From assembly GCA_963707875.1 (NCBI GenBank), contig CAVPRU010000001.1:209591-273590 (forward strand): a stretch of 64,000 nucleotides of DNA, given 5' to 3'. A program made the translations under genes and the position numbers. The first letter of the stretch is position 1; every line of letters begins with the position of its first letter. Below, piece after piece: positions 47,888 through 56,785 of the stretch. Below the pieces are notes generated by a model. That model made no database searches and was not told the DNA's origin. It was given only the letters and a program-made list of their open reading frames with translations. Source of the DNA: an uncultured Gemmatimonadales bacterium. Its GTDB lineage: Bacteria > Gemmatimonadota > Gemmatimonadetes > Gemmatimonadales > GWC2-71-9.

Positions 47888-49369
47888 TTGACCCCGTTGG
47901 ATCTCGCGGTCATCGCCAGCTACCTGCTGGTGACCCTGGGGTTGGGGCTCTGGATCTCCCGCCGGCAGGCCTCGTCCTCGGACTACTTCCTGGGCGCCCG
48001 GAATCTCCCGGCATGGGCCATTCTCCTGTCGATCGTGGCCACCGAGACCTCCGCCCTGACAGTGATCTCGATCCCCGGAGTGGGCGCCCGGGGCGATCTG
48101 ACCTTTCTTCAGATCACCTTCGGCTACCTGATCGGCCGGATGGCGGTGGCCTGGTGGTTGCTCCCCGGGTACTTCCGAGGGGAACAGGAGACGGCCTATA
48201 CCCGGCTCGAATCCCGCTTCGGGGGAGAAACCCGCCGAGTCGTCTCGGCCACCTTCCTGGTCACCCGGTTCCTGGGCGATGGGGTGCGGATCTTCGCCGG
48301 GGCCATCCCGCTCGCCCTGGCCACCGGGTGGAGCATCGCCGCGTCCATACTGGTGATGGGGCTGGTGACCCTGGCCTACACCTGGCTGGGCGGCCTCAAA
48401 GCGGTGATCTGGGCCGACGTGGTGCAACTCCTGGTCTACCTGACCGGCGGCGCCGCGGCCCTGGCCATCGCGGTGTCGATGGCCGGTGGCGTGGAGCAGA
48501 CTTGGACCCTGGCCGCTGCGGCTGGCAAGTTGCGCGTGCTGGTCCCGGCGTTTTCCTTCAGCACGAGCTACACCCTTCTGGGCGGACTGATCGGCGGCGC
48601 GATGCTCTCCGCGGCTTCCCACGGCACCGATCATCTGATCGTCCAGCGCCTGCTGTCCACCCGATCGCTCCGGGATGCCCGGGTGGCGCTGATCGGCAGC
48701 GGGGTGATGGTCATCCTCCAGTTCCTCCTGTTTCTGCTGATCGGCGTCGCGATCTGGGCGGCCGGCCAGGCCCCTGACGGGGTCCACCCGGACACCCTCT
48801 TCCCCGCCTTCATCATGGGACACCTCCCGGTCGGGCTTCGCGGCCTCCTGATCGCGGGGATCCTGGCGGCAGCGATGAGCACCATCAGCTCCTCGATCAA
48901 CGCCCTGGCCTCCTCGGTCACCTACGACTTCTACTCCAGCCGGACCGGACGGACGGACCCGGTGCACCTGCTCAAGGTGGGGCGCCTGGTGACGGTGGCC
49001 TGGGGCCTGGCCCTGACGGGGGCGGCGCTCGGATTCGCTGTGGCGGCCACCCGACTGGACACCCCGGTGGTGGTTCTCGCGCTGTCCATCGCGTCGATCA
49101 CCTATGGGGCGCTGCTGGGAACCTACCTGCTGGCGCTCCGCTGGCCGTCGGCTCGCGGCCGGGATGTGGTGCGAGGGGTGGGGCTCTCGGTGGCCATCAT
49201 GCTGGTGGTGGTGTTCGCTCGACAGCTTGCCGCCGCGGGATTCCCATTGCTCGGGCCGCTGGGCGGCCTCGCGTGGCCCTGGTACGTTCCGCTCGGGACG
49301 ATCCTTACCCTGGGGGTCGCCATCCTTTCCTCCCTGACCGGGCGAGACACCATGGAGTCGACCGCGTGA
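47888..49369 (+). CDS. sodium:solute symporter family (SSF) transporter
   Basis: 493 aa, about 13 TM helices, TTG start. The N-terminal LGARNLPAWAILLSIVATETSALT pattern is typical of the SSF family. Confidence 0.85.
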   Translation: MTPLDLAVIASYLLVTLGLGLWISRRQASSSDYFLGARNLPAWAILLSIVATETSALTVISIPGVGARGDLTFLQITFGYLIGRMAVAWWLLPGYFRGEQETAYTRLESRFGGETRRVVSATFLVTRFLGDGVRIFAGAIPLALATGWSIAASILVMGLVTLAYTWLGGLKAVIWADVVQLLVYLTGGAAALAIAVSMAGGVEQTWTLAAAAGKLRVLVPAFSFSTSYTLLGGLIGGAMLSAASHGTDHLIVQRLLSTRSLRDARVALIGSGVMVILQFLLFLLIGVAIWAAGQAPDGVHPDTLFPAFIMGHLPVGLRGLLIAGILAAAMSTISSSINALASSVTYDFYSSRTGRTDPVHLLKVGRLVTVAWGLALTGAALGFAVAATRLDTPVVVLALSIASITYGALLGTYLLALRWPSARGRDVVRGVGLSVAIMLVVVFARQLAAAGFPLLGPLGGLAWPWYVPLGTILTLGVAILSSLTGRDTMESTA

Positions 49370-50275
49370 CCGTGATCGTCGGAGCCGATGCCGGCGGCAC
49401 CAGGACAGTGGCTGCCGTCTCGGTGGACGGACGGGAACTGGCCCGGGTCACCGGCCCCGGGGGCGCGGTGCGGCCGGGCCGGGCAATGACCGCAGGATCG
49501 GTGATCGGCGCGGTGGCGCGGCAGGCCCTCAACCAGTCAGGGAAGCTCCGGGCCCAGGTCCTGGTGGTGGGCGCGGCGGGGGTGGGACGGGAGGACGAAC
49601 GGGTGGCGCTTCGGAACGCGCTCCGGCTGGAGGACCTGGCGGAGCGCGTGGTGGTGGTGACCGACCTGGAAGTGGCTCGGGAAGCGGCGTTCGGTGACGC
49701 TCCAGGAATCGTCCTGCTGGCCGGCACCGGGAGCGTGGCCGCGGGCCGGTTCCCGGACGGCTCCATCCATCGCCAGGGCGGCTACGGCTGGCAGATGGGG
49801 GATGAAGGAAGCGGCTACGCCATCGGCAAAGCAGCCCTGGCGGCGGTGGGCCGAGGGTACGACGGCCGGGGAGCCGGCCACCCGCCTCACCGCGGCGGTC
49901 GCCGAGCAGACCTTGACCGGTGATCATGACGCCCTGGTCCGATGGTCGGTGACGGCCGGGCCCGCCGAGGTGGCGGGCCTGGCGCGCGCGGTGTTGGGGG
50001 CGGCGGAGGAGGGTGACGCCGTGGCGATCGACATCCTGTCGGTCGAGGCCGGGTCCCTGGCCCGGTTGGCGATCGCCCTGGTCGGACGGTGGCCGGGAGA
50101 CGGCCCGGTGGAGGTGGCCCAGGGAGGAAGCCTGCTGCGACCAGGACCCTACCGCGACCTGGTCGATGCGGCGCTCGGCGCCGACCCCCGGCTGCGGCCC
50201 CATCCTGGCACCCCGGATGGCGTGGAGGGCGCCCTCCGGATGGCGACCCGCGCCCTCACCGAAGGACCCCGCTAG
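49366..50275 (+). pseudogene. BadF/BadG/BcrA/BcrD-type sugar kinase (N-acetylglucosamine/MurNAc kinase-like) with a +1 frameshift at the GGGG run 49868-49871 (or a sequencing error)
   Basis: The GTG start forms a GTGA overlap with the symporter stop. The N-terminal part is VIVGADAGGTRT...LLAGTGSVAAG...GWQMGDEGSGYAIGKAALAAVGRGYDGR. The C-terminal part continues in ORF 49694..50275 as EPATRLTAAVAEQTL...VAQGGSLL. Confidence 0.8.
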
Positions 50276-51806
50276 GTCTGCTTCCGATACCGGCTGTGCT
50301 TGAACCCGTAGGCGAAGTAGAGCACAAACCCGATCAGCAGCCAGACGCCAAACCGGACCCAGGTGATCCCCGGCAGGTGGGCCATCAGGTACAGACAGGC
50401 CGCCACCGAAATCAGCGGGGTCCACGGCGCTCCGGGCACCCGGAAGGGCCGGTGGCGATCCGGTTCCTTGTAGCGAAGCACGATCACCCCGATCGACACC
50501 AGAATGAAGGCGAAGAGGGTCCCGATGTTGGTGAGGTCCACGACCTCGGCAATGTTGGCAAAGGCCGCGAACGTGGCCACGAACGTTCCGGTGATGATGG
50601 TGCCGACGTACGGGGTCTTGAACCGGGGGTGCACCTTGGCGAAGAACGGTGGCAGCAGTCCATCCCGGGACATGGAGAAGAAGATTCGAGGCTGCCCCAT
50701 CTGGAACACCAGCAACACCGATCCCATGGCCACCACCGCCCCGAACGCAATGACGAACCGGGAGAAGTTGAGCAGCGCGGGTGGGCCCTCGGCATGGGCC
50801 AGCGCGGTGATCATCGGTTCCGCGGTCCCGAGCTGCTGCCACGGTGCCATTCCGGTCATCACCGCCGACACCGCGATGTAGAGCACGGTGCAGATCACCA
50901 GACTCATGATGATCCCGAACGGCATGTCCTTGGCGGGAGTCTTGGCCTCCTCGGCGGCGGTGGAGACGGCATCGAAACCGATGTAGCTGAAGAAGATGAT
51001 CGCCGCCCCGGCGCTGATCCCCCGCAGCCCGTTGGGTGCGAATCCACCGGTGGACACCTCGGTCCAGTTGGACGGCTGGATCAGGAAGACCCCGACCCCG
51101 ATGAAGAACAGGATCACCGCGATCTTGAGAATCACCATCGCGTTGTTGGCGTTGGCCGATTCCCGAATCCCGATGACCAGCAGCGACGGTGATCACCGCG
51201 ACCGCCAGGAAGGCGGGGAGGTTGGCGATGAACGGCACCCCGAGAGATCATCGGGGCCGAGGACACCGCGGAGGCCAGGTACTGCAGGCCCGGCTCGGTC
51301 GCGCCGGCGGTGACGGCCGCCGCGGCGTCGTAGGCGGTCCGGTAGTCGGTGGCCAGCCAGGCCGGCATCGAGATCCCGAAGTGACTGATCAGCTCCCGGA
51401 AATGGCCCGACCACCCGATCGCCACGCCGATGTTGCCCACCGCATACTCGATGATGAGGTCCCACCCGATGATCCAGGCGACCAGTTCGCCGAGCGAGGC
51501 ATAGGCGTAGGTATAGGCCGACCCGGAGACCGGAACCATGGAGGCGAATTCGGCGTAGCAGAGGGCCGCAAAGCCGCAGGCGACGGCGGTGAGCAGGAAG
51601 GAGAGGACGATCGCCGGGCCGGCACCAGGCCGGAGCGCATCCCCGACAATCGCGGTCCCGGTGGTGGCGAAGATGCCGGCCCCGATGGTGGCACCCACCC
51701 CGAGGGCGGTCAGGTGCCACTTGGTGAGGGTCCGCTTCAGGCCCCCGCGTTCGGCGACATCGGCTTCACAATCGGCAACGGTCTTCCGGGCGAAGAGCTG
51801 GCTCAT
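50272..51806 (-). pseudogene. APC-superfamily amino acid permease with two +1 frameshifts (about 51242-51246 and 51183-51186), or sequencing errors
   Basis: Three frames join to give a continuous permease. The first is MSQLFARK...GVGATIGAGIF...SSAPMI. The second is LGVPFIANLPAFLAVAVITV. The third is LLVIGIRESANANNAMVILKIAVILFFIGVGVF... through to the stop. Confidence 0.85.
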
Positions 51807-51865
51807 GCAACCGCCCGTACCGCGTGCTGCAGCTATCATCGGGGAACTCCGGATGTCGGTGGGAC

Positions 51866-52652
51866 TCAGAAAGATACGTTGACCGTCGTGGTGCCGGGAA
51901 TGACCTTCCCCTCGGCCGAGCGGCCCGGCCGGAACCGGTAGTTCCGCATCACGTCCTCGAACCGACGGGCAAAGCCGCCGTCGGGAATCTCGGGCTCGAC
52001 CGCCACCTTCTGGACCCGGCCGTCGGTGCCGACCCAGAAGGTAACGGCAAATCGCTTCCCCCGCATGCTTCCGGGATAGTCCAACGGCGGAAGGATGACC
52101 TGGCGGGGCATCGGCGGCGTGGCGTGGCCGCCACCCCCTCCTCCTGACCCGCCCCCGCTGCCGTCACCGCTCCCCCGTCCGGTCCCCGCCCCGTCGCCCG
52201 GGCCGGTGCCCGAGCCATGCCCACCTCCGACACCGGTGCCCCCCTGCCCACCCGAGGGGGGAATGCTGTCCGGGGGCGACAGCGCAACGGCCGTCTCGGG
52301 TTCGGGCGCTGTCACCGTCGGTTCGGGAACCGGGACTGGCTCCACCGGAGGCGGCGGGGGCGGGGTGACTTGGGCCGGGGGCGGCGGGGCGGACCGGAAG
52401 CGCCGGCAGGGCGATCAACTGGAGCCCCCCGCCACCGCCACCACCCTGCCCTGGAGACCCGGCGTCCCCGGGCCCCCGGATTTCCTCCCAGGTCATCAAC
52501 TCCTGCCACTGGGACACCAGGATGGCCACCACCACGGCGACATGGAGCAGAACGGAGACGAGCCCACTCCACGGAGACCGCCGGGCACCGGGCAGCAGCA
52601 CGCCGGGCACCGGGCGGGGCCGCGGCGTGGGGGCGATCGGCGAATCACTCAA
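51866..52652 (-). pseudogene. TonB-family protein (second copy) with a +1 frameshift inside the Pro-rich linker (within 52346-52414, most likely 52371-52397)
   Basis: TTG start 52652, preceded by GAGGAG 8 nt upstream. The N-terminal TM segment (WSGLVSVLLHVAVVVAILV) lies in one frame. The Pro-rich and Gly-rich linkers and the TonB_C-like end (LDYPGSMRGKRFAVTFWVGTDGRVQKVAV...RFRPG) lie in the frame of ORF 51866..52345. Confidence 0.7.
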
Positions 52653-52741
52653 CAGCGTTGCTCCTCATGCCTTCAGGACGAACAGGCGCGGTGGAAACGA
52701 CACCTCCCTAACGTAGCAGGCGCCCCAACCGTTTCGTCGGC

Positions 52742-52773
52742 CGCCGAATCATGAGGCCGCCGACCGATGAGGC
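52742..52773. repeat. imperfect 16-nt tandem direct repeat in the 201-nt gap upstream of the second tonB-like gene
   Basis: CGCCGAATCATGAGGC (52742-52757) is followed directly by CGCCGACCGATGAGGC (52758-52773), identical at 13 of 16 positions. A partial GGC from a further unit precedes the first copy. Confidence 0.6.
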
Positions 52774-52799
52774 GTTCCTCGCGATGGCCCGGAACGGTC

Positions 52800-52830
52800 G
52801 AGGCGCGGGAACCAGTGGTCCCCGCGCCTC
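52800..52830 (-). terminator. 10-bp GC hairpin after the exbD stop (likely end of the tonB-exbB-exbD-exbD operon)
   Basis: GAGGCGCGGG(52800-52809)-11 nt loop-CCCGCGCCTC(52821-52830). It lies about 24 nt downstream of the stop at 52854. There is no U-tract. Confidence 0.45.
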
Positions 52831-52853
52831 GCCTGCGACCGGTTCGACGGTGG

Positions 52854-53262
52854 TCAGCCCTTCGGGGTAAACCCGATGACCTGGATTCCAGCACCGCGGG
52901 CGATGTCCATCGCCTCAATGACCTCCTGGTACAACCGGTCGGGAGCGCTCTTGAGGAAGAGCAGCTTGGCCGGCCGGTTGTCGTAGAGCGCGTGGAACTG
53001 GGCATCCAGCTGATCCTTCGGCACCACGTTCGTGTTGATCGCGTAGCCACCATCCTCCGTCAGTTCCAGCACGATCTGGGTGGACGGAGGGCTGGTTGAC
53101 CGCCGCCGTTTCCGGGGGCGGGATCTGCGCCTCGACGACCTTCCGGCTCAACGGCTGGGCGATCATGAAGATGATGAGGAGCACCAGCAGAATGTCGATC
53201 ATCGGAATCACGTTCGGTTCCGAGGTGACCTGGCCGCGGCCTCCACCTGTTGAGATTCCCAT
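52854..53262 (-). pseudogene. exbD: ExbD/TolR-family protein (copy 2) with a +1 frameshift near 53085-53093 (or a sequencing error)
   Basis: The N-terminal part MGISTGGGRGQVTSEPNVIPMIDILLVLLIIFMI...ETAAVNQP is in the frame of 53262. The continuation PSTQIVLELTEDGGYAINTNVVP...LLFLKSAPDRLYQEVIEAMDIARGAG is in the frame of ORF 52854..53072. Confidence 0.8.
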
Positions 53263-53265
53263 GAG

Positions 53266-53698
<433 letters not shown>

Positions 53699-53715
<17 letters not shown>

Positions 53716-54446
53716 TGCCAGTCACCGCCTTCTGGGCCTGGAACTCCTTGGTGAAGATCGAACGCCCGAACTCGCTCCCCACGCTCTTGATCAGATAGTC
53801 GATGAGCTCCTTGGAGCTGTACATCATCTCGACCGTGAGGTACTCGATCTTGGTGGTGAAGTAGTTGTAGAACCACACGGCCGGAATGGCCACCATCAGA
53901 CCGATCGAGGTGGCGATCAGGGCCTCGGCGATCCCGCCGGCGATGCCCGCCAGGCCGCCCGCCGCGCCGGCCGAGGACATGGCCTCGAACGACGAGATGA
54001 TGCCGATACAGGTGCCCAGCAGCCCGACGAACGGCGCGGTGGAACCGATGGTGGCCAGCACCCCCAGACCCCGCTTGAAGTCGGTCAGTTCCATCAGCAT
54101 CTGCCGCTCCACCGCCCGCTCGGCCGAGTTGATGTCGGCGGCGGTGATGGTGGCTCGGTCCCGGAGCAGCGGCTTCACTTCGGCCAGCGCGCCACCCAGC
54201 ACCTTGGCGACGTGGCTGGTCTTGTTCTTCTCGGCCAGGGCGATCGCCTGATCGAGCTGCTCTTCCTGAATCGCCCGGCTGAAGTGCGGCGCGAACTTCC
54301 GGGTCGCGACCGTGGCTCTTCCGGAAGTGCCAGAGCTTCTTGAAGGCGACGGTAAACGACATCAGCGACATGAAGAGCATGACGAACACGATGCCCTTCA
54401 CGAAGGGACCGGCGTGGGCCCACAGCTGCATCAGATCTACACCCAT
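53699..54446 (-). pseudogene. exbB: MotA/TolQ/ExbB proton channel with a +1 frameshift near 54315-54320 (or a sequencing error)
   Basis: The N-terminal part MGVDLMQLWAHAGPFVKGIVFVMLFMSLMSFTVAFKKLWHFRK is in the frame of 54446. It continues in the frame of ORF 53699..54202 as ATVATRKFAPHFSRAIQEEQLDQAIALAEKNKTSHVAKVLGGAL...LATIGSTAPFVGLLGT..G. Confidence 0.85.
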
Positions 54447-54502
54447 TGGACTTCCTCCTGATCGGTTATATGAACCCGCCGGAGCGGGTGCGGACTTCAG
54501 GT

Positions 54503-55204
54503 CTATTTCGAAATGGTGAACGCGATCGCCTGCTGGACCAGCTGGCGCACCGCCTGCCCTCTGATCCGGGCCGGCTTGAAGACCGCCTTCATGATCGCCT
54601 CACGGGCGGGCTCCTCGAACATCTTGTTGGTGCTGTCGGACCACCTTCCAGGACGCCGGCTCGGCGTGACCGGTGGTGTCCACCACGTACTGGACCTCGA
54701 CCCGGCCTTCGATGCCCGCCGCCTGGAGGGTGGGCGGATACCGGGGCTGGGACGATTCAGGAGCCGGACCGGATCGTCCACCTCGGCCTCGAGGAAGGTC
54801 TCGCGTCGTCACCGGCCCGGTCCCACCCACCACACCGGTCGCGATGCCGCCCTCGACGCCCTTCCCGGTGAAGTCCGCCGCGTCGAACTTCTCGTTCAGG
54901 TTAATCGGCGGAATTTCCTTCGGAATGTCGGTCGGCGGCATGACCGTCTGGAACCCCTGCGGCGGGGGGTTCGCGCTGATGATGACGTCGGGGGGCGGTG
55001 GGGGCTGCTCGGGCGGGGGCGGGGGCTCCGGGGGCTTGAGGAAGATGGCCGTGGTGTCCATCAGGATCTCCTTGAGCTGCGCCGCGGCGCCCTGGTCGCC
55101 GTGACCGCCCCGAAGACCAGGAGGACATGGAACACCACCGACACGATGGTCTGCCCGGTGGACTTGAACCCCTTTTTCTTCGATTCGATGAGGTTATCGA
55201 ACAT
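54503..55204 (-). pseudogene. tonB: energy transducer TonB with four frame changes (about 55090-55096, 54801-54810, 54745-54751 and 54637-54640), or sequencing errors
   Basis: ATG 55204 with GAGGA 6 nt upstream. Five segments join to give a canonical TonB. They are MFDNLIESKKKGFKSTGQTIVSVVFHVLLVFGAVTAT, then QGAAAQLKEILMDTTAIFLKPPEPPPPPEQPPPPP...GTGPVTT, then ETFLEAEVDDPVRLLNRP, then QPRYPPTLQAAGIEGRVEVQYVVDTTGHAEPASWKVV, then DSTNKMFEEPAREAIMKAVFKPARIRGQAV... Confidence 0.8.
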
Positions 55205-55251
55205 GGAGTATCCTCATGATAGGCCCAGGTTTGGCCGGATCCTGTCCGGCC

Positions 55252-56784
55252 TCACCAGACAATCAAGCACGCCAGCCTGACAGGACGATTTCGTCCGGAT
55301 GACAAAACGATGACAACCGGGTTAGCCAACCGGGTCAACCCAGCCGCTTCGCCGGTTCCGGGCAGGGTCACGGTGAACGTGGTGCCCCGCCCCGGCCGGC
55401 TCTGAACCTCGATCCGGCCCCCGTGGGCCTCGGCGATCCACCGGGCGATCGCCAGCCCCAGCCCGGTGCCACTGGTCACGCCAACCCGGGACCGGGCCGG
55501 GTCCCCTCGCCAGAACCGATCGAAGATATTCGGCAGGTCGCCGGGCGCAATTCCGATCCCGGTGTCCCGCACCACCACGATGGAATCAGTCCCGGCCACG
55601 GTCAGTTCCAGTTCCACCGCCCCTCCCTCCGGGGTGTACTTGACCGCGTTGGTCACCAGGTTCAGCAGCAGCTGCCTGATCCGGTTCCGATCCACCGGCA
55701 GGATGAGCGGGGCGTCGGGGATCGAATGGCTCACGGAGACCCCGCTCACCTCCGCCAGCATCTCCGCGGTTTCTGCCGCCTCGGCGACCAGTTCCCGCAG
55801 GTCCGTCGGGGCCACGACCAGCGGGGCGCGTCCTTCATCGGCCCGGGCCAGGGTCAGGAGGTTCTCCACCAGTTCGGTCATCCGGTTGATCTCGGAGAGG
55901 GTCCCATCGAGTCCCTCGAGACTCTCCGGCGGAATCCCGGGGTGGGTCAGGGCCCGCTCCACCCCGGTCCGGAGCACCATCAGGGGCGTCTTGAGCTCGT
56001 GGCTCGCGTCAGCGGTGAACCGGTACAGGGCGGCGAAGCTGTCCTCCAGGCGGGCGAAAGTCCGGTTGGTTGCCAGTGCCAGCCGGGTCAGCTCGTCGGC
56101 CCCGGGCGGCACCGGGAGGCGGCGGTGGAGACTCCGGCCGTCCGAAATGGCCTCGAGTTCGGCCACCATGGCGTCGAGCGGGCGCAGTACCCGCCCCCCG
56201 AGGAGGTAGGCGAGCAGAATGGAACCGATCAGAAGAATCGGAATGCTCAGCAGCATGGAGCGAAGGAGGGCGGAGGGTCCGAACAGGACGTCGGAGGTTG
56301 CGGCCGCCACCAGGACCGCTCCAATCTGATCCCTGGCGCCGGGCACCGATGCCATGACATACCGCACCTCTCCGACCTGGGCCGAGAGCGACGCCGTCCC
56401 ACTGGTGGGAAGCTCAGGGGTCCGGACCAGCTCGAGCAGTTCGTCCACCCCGCGAGTGGAGAGGGCCCTCGCCTGCACCGAAAGGAAAAGCGGATCGCCG
56501 GCGGGAGAGATGATGACCAGGTAATCGCGAAACGCCTCGAAGTAGGCCCCGATCGCCGGGTCCAGCGTCGGGAGGCCGTTGTCCATGACGACCAGGCGTT
56601 CAACTACCCGCCGGGATTCGGTCAGCCATCCCGCGGACAGGTCGGCTTCGAGGGTAAGGCGGTCGTCGATTTCCTGAACGCTGGTCAAACGCCGGTCCAG
56701 GTAGAGGCTCGCTCCGAACACCATGATGGTCGCCGCGAGGGCCAGGGCATACCAGATCGTCAGGCGCTGCCGAAGGGAGGTCAT
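55252..56784 (-). CDS. membrane sensor histidine kinase (two TM segments, HAMP, HisKA, HATPase_c)
   Basis: 510 aa with H-box DASHELKTPLMVL, N-box LLLNLVTNAVKYTP and G-boxes DTGIGI / GTGLGLAI. Confidence 0.9.
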   Translation of the reverse strand: MTSLRQRLTIWYALALAATIMVFGASLYLDRRLTSVQEIDDRLTLEADLSAGWLTESRRVVERLVVMDNGLPTLDPAIGAYFEAFRDYLVIISPAGDPLFLSVQARALSTRGVDELLELVRTPELPTSGTASLSAQVGEVRYVMASVPGARDQIGAVLVAAATSDVLFGPSALLRSMLLSIPILLIGSILLAYLLGGRVLRPLDAMVAELEAISDGRSLHRRLPVPPGADELTRLALATNRTFARLEDSFAALYRFTADASHELKTPLMVLRTGVERALTHPGIPPESLEGLDGTLSEINRMTELVENLLTLARADEGRAPLVVAPTDLRELVAEAAETAEMLAEVSGVSVSHSIPDAPLILPVDRNRIRQLLLNLVTNAVKYTPEGGAVELELTVAGTDSIVVVRDTGIGIAPGDLPNIFDRFWRGDPARSRVGVTSGTGLGLAIARWIAEAHGGRIEVQSRPGRGTTFTVTLPGTGEAAGLTRLANPVVIVLSSGRNRPVRLACLIVW

Positions 56785-56785
56785 G

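Noticed and set aside
52080-52260. A GGN-rich repetitive DNA tract that might be taken for a tandem repeat or CRISPR-like array
   Set aside because: It is in frame and encodes the Gly-rich spacer of the second TonB-like protein. It has no regular repeat-spacer periodicity. I saw no CRISPR array anywhere in the window.
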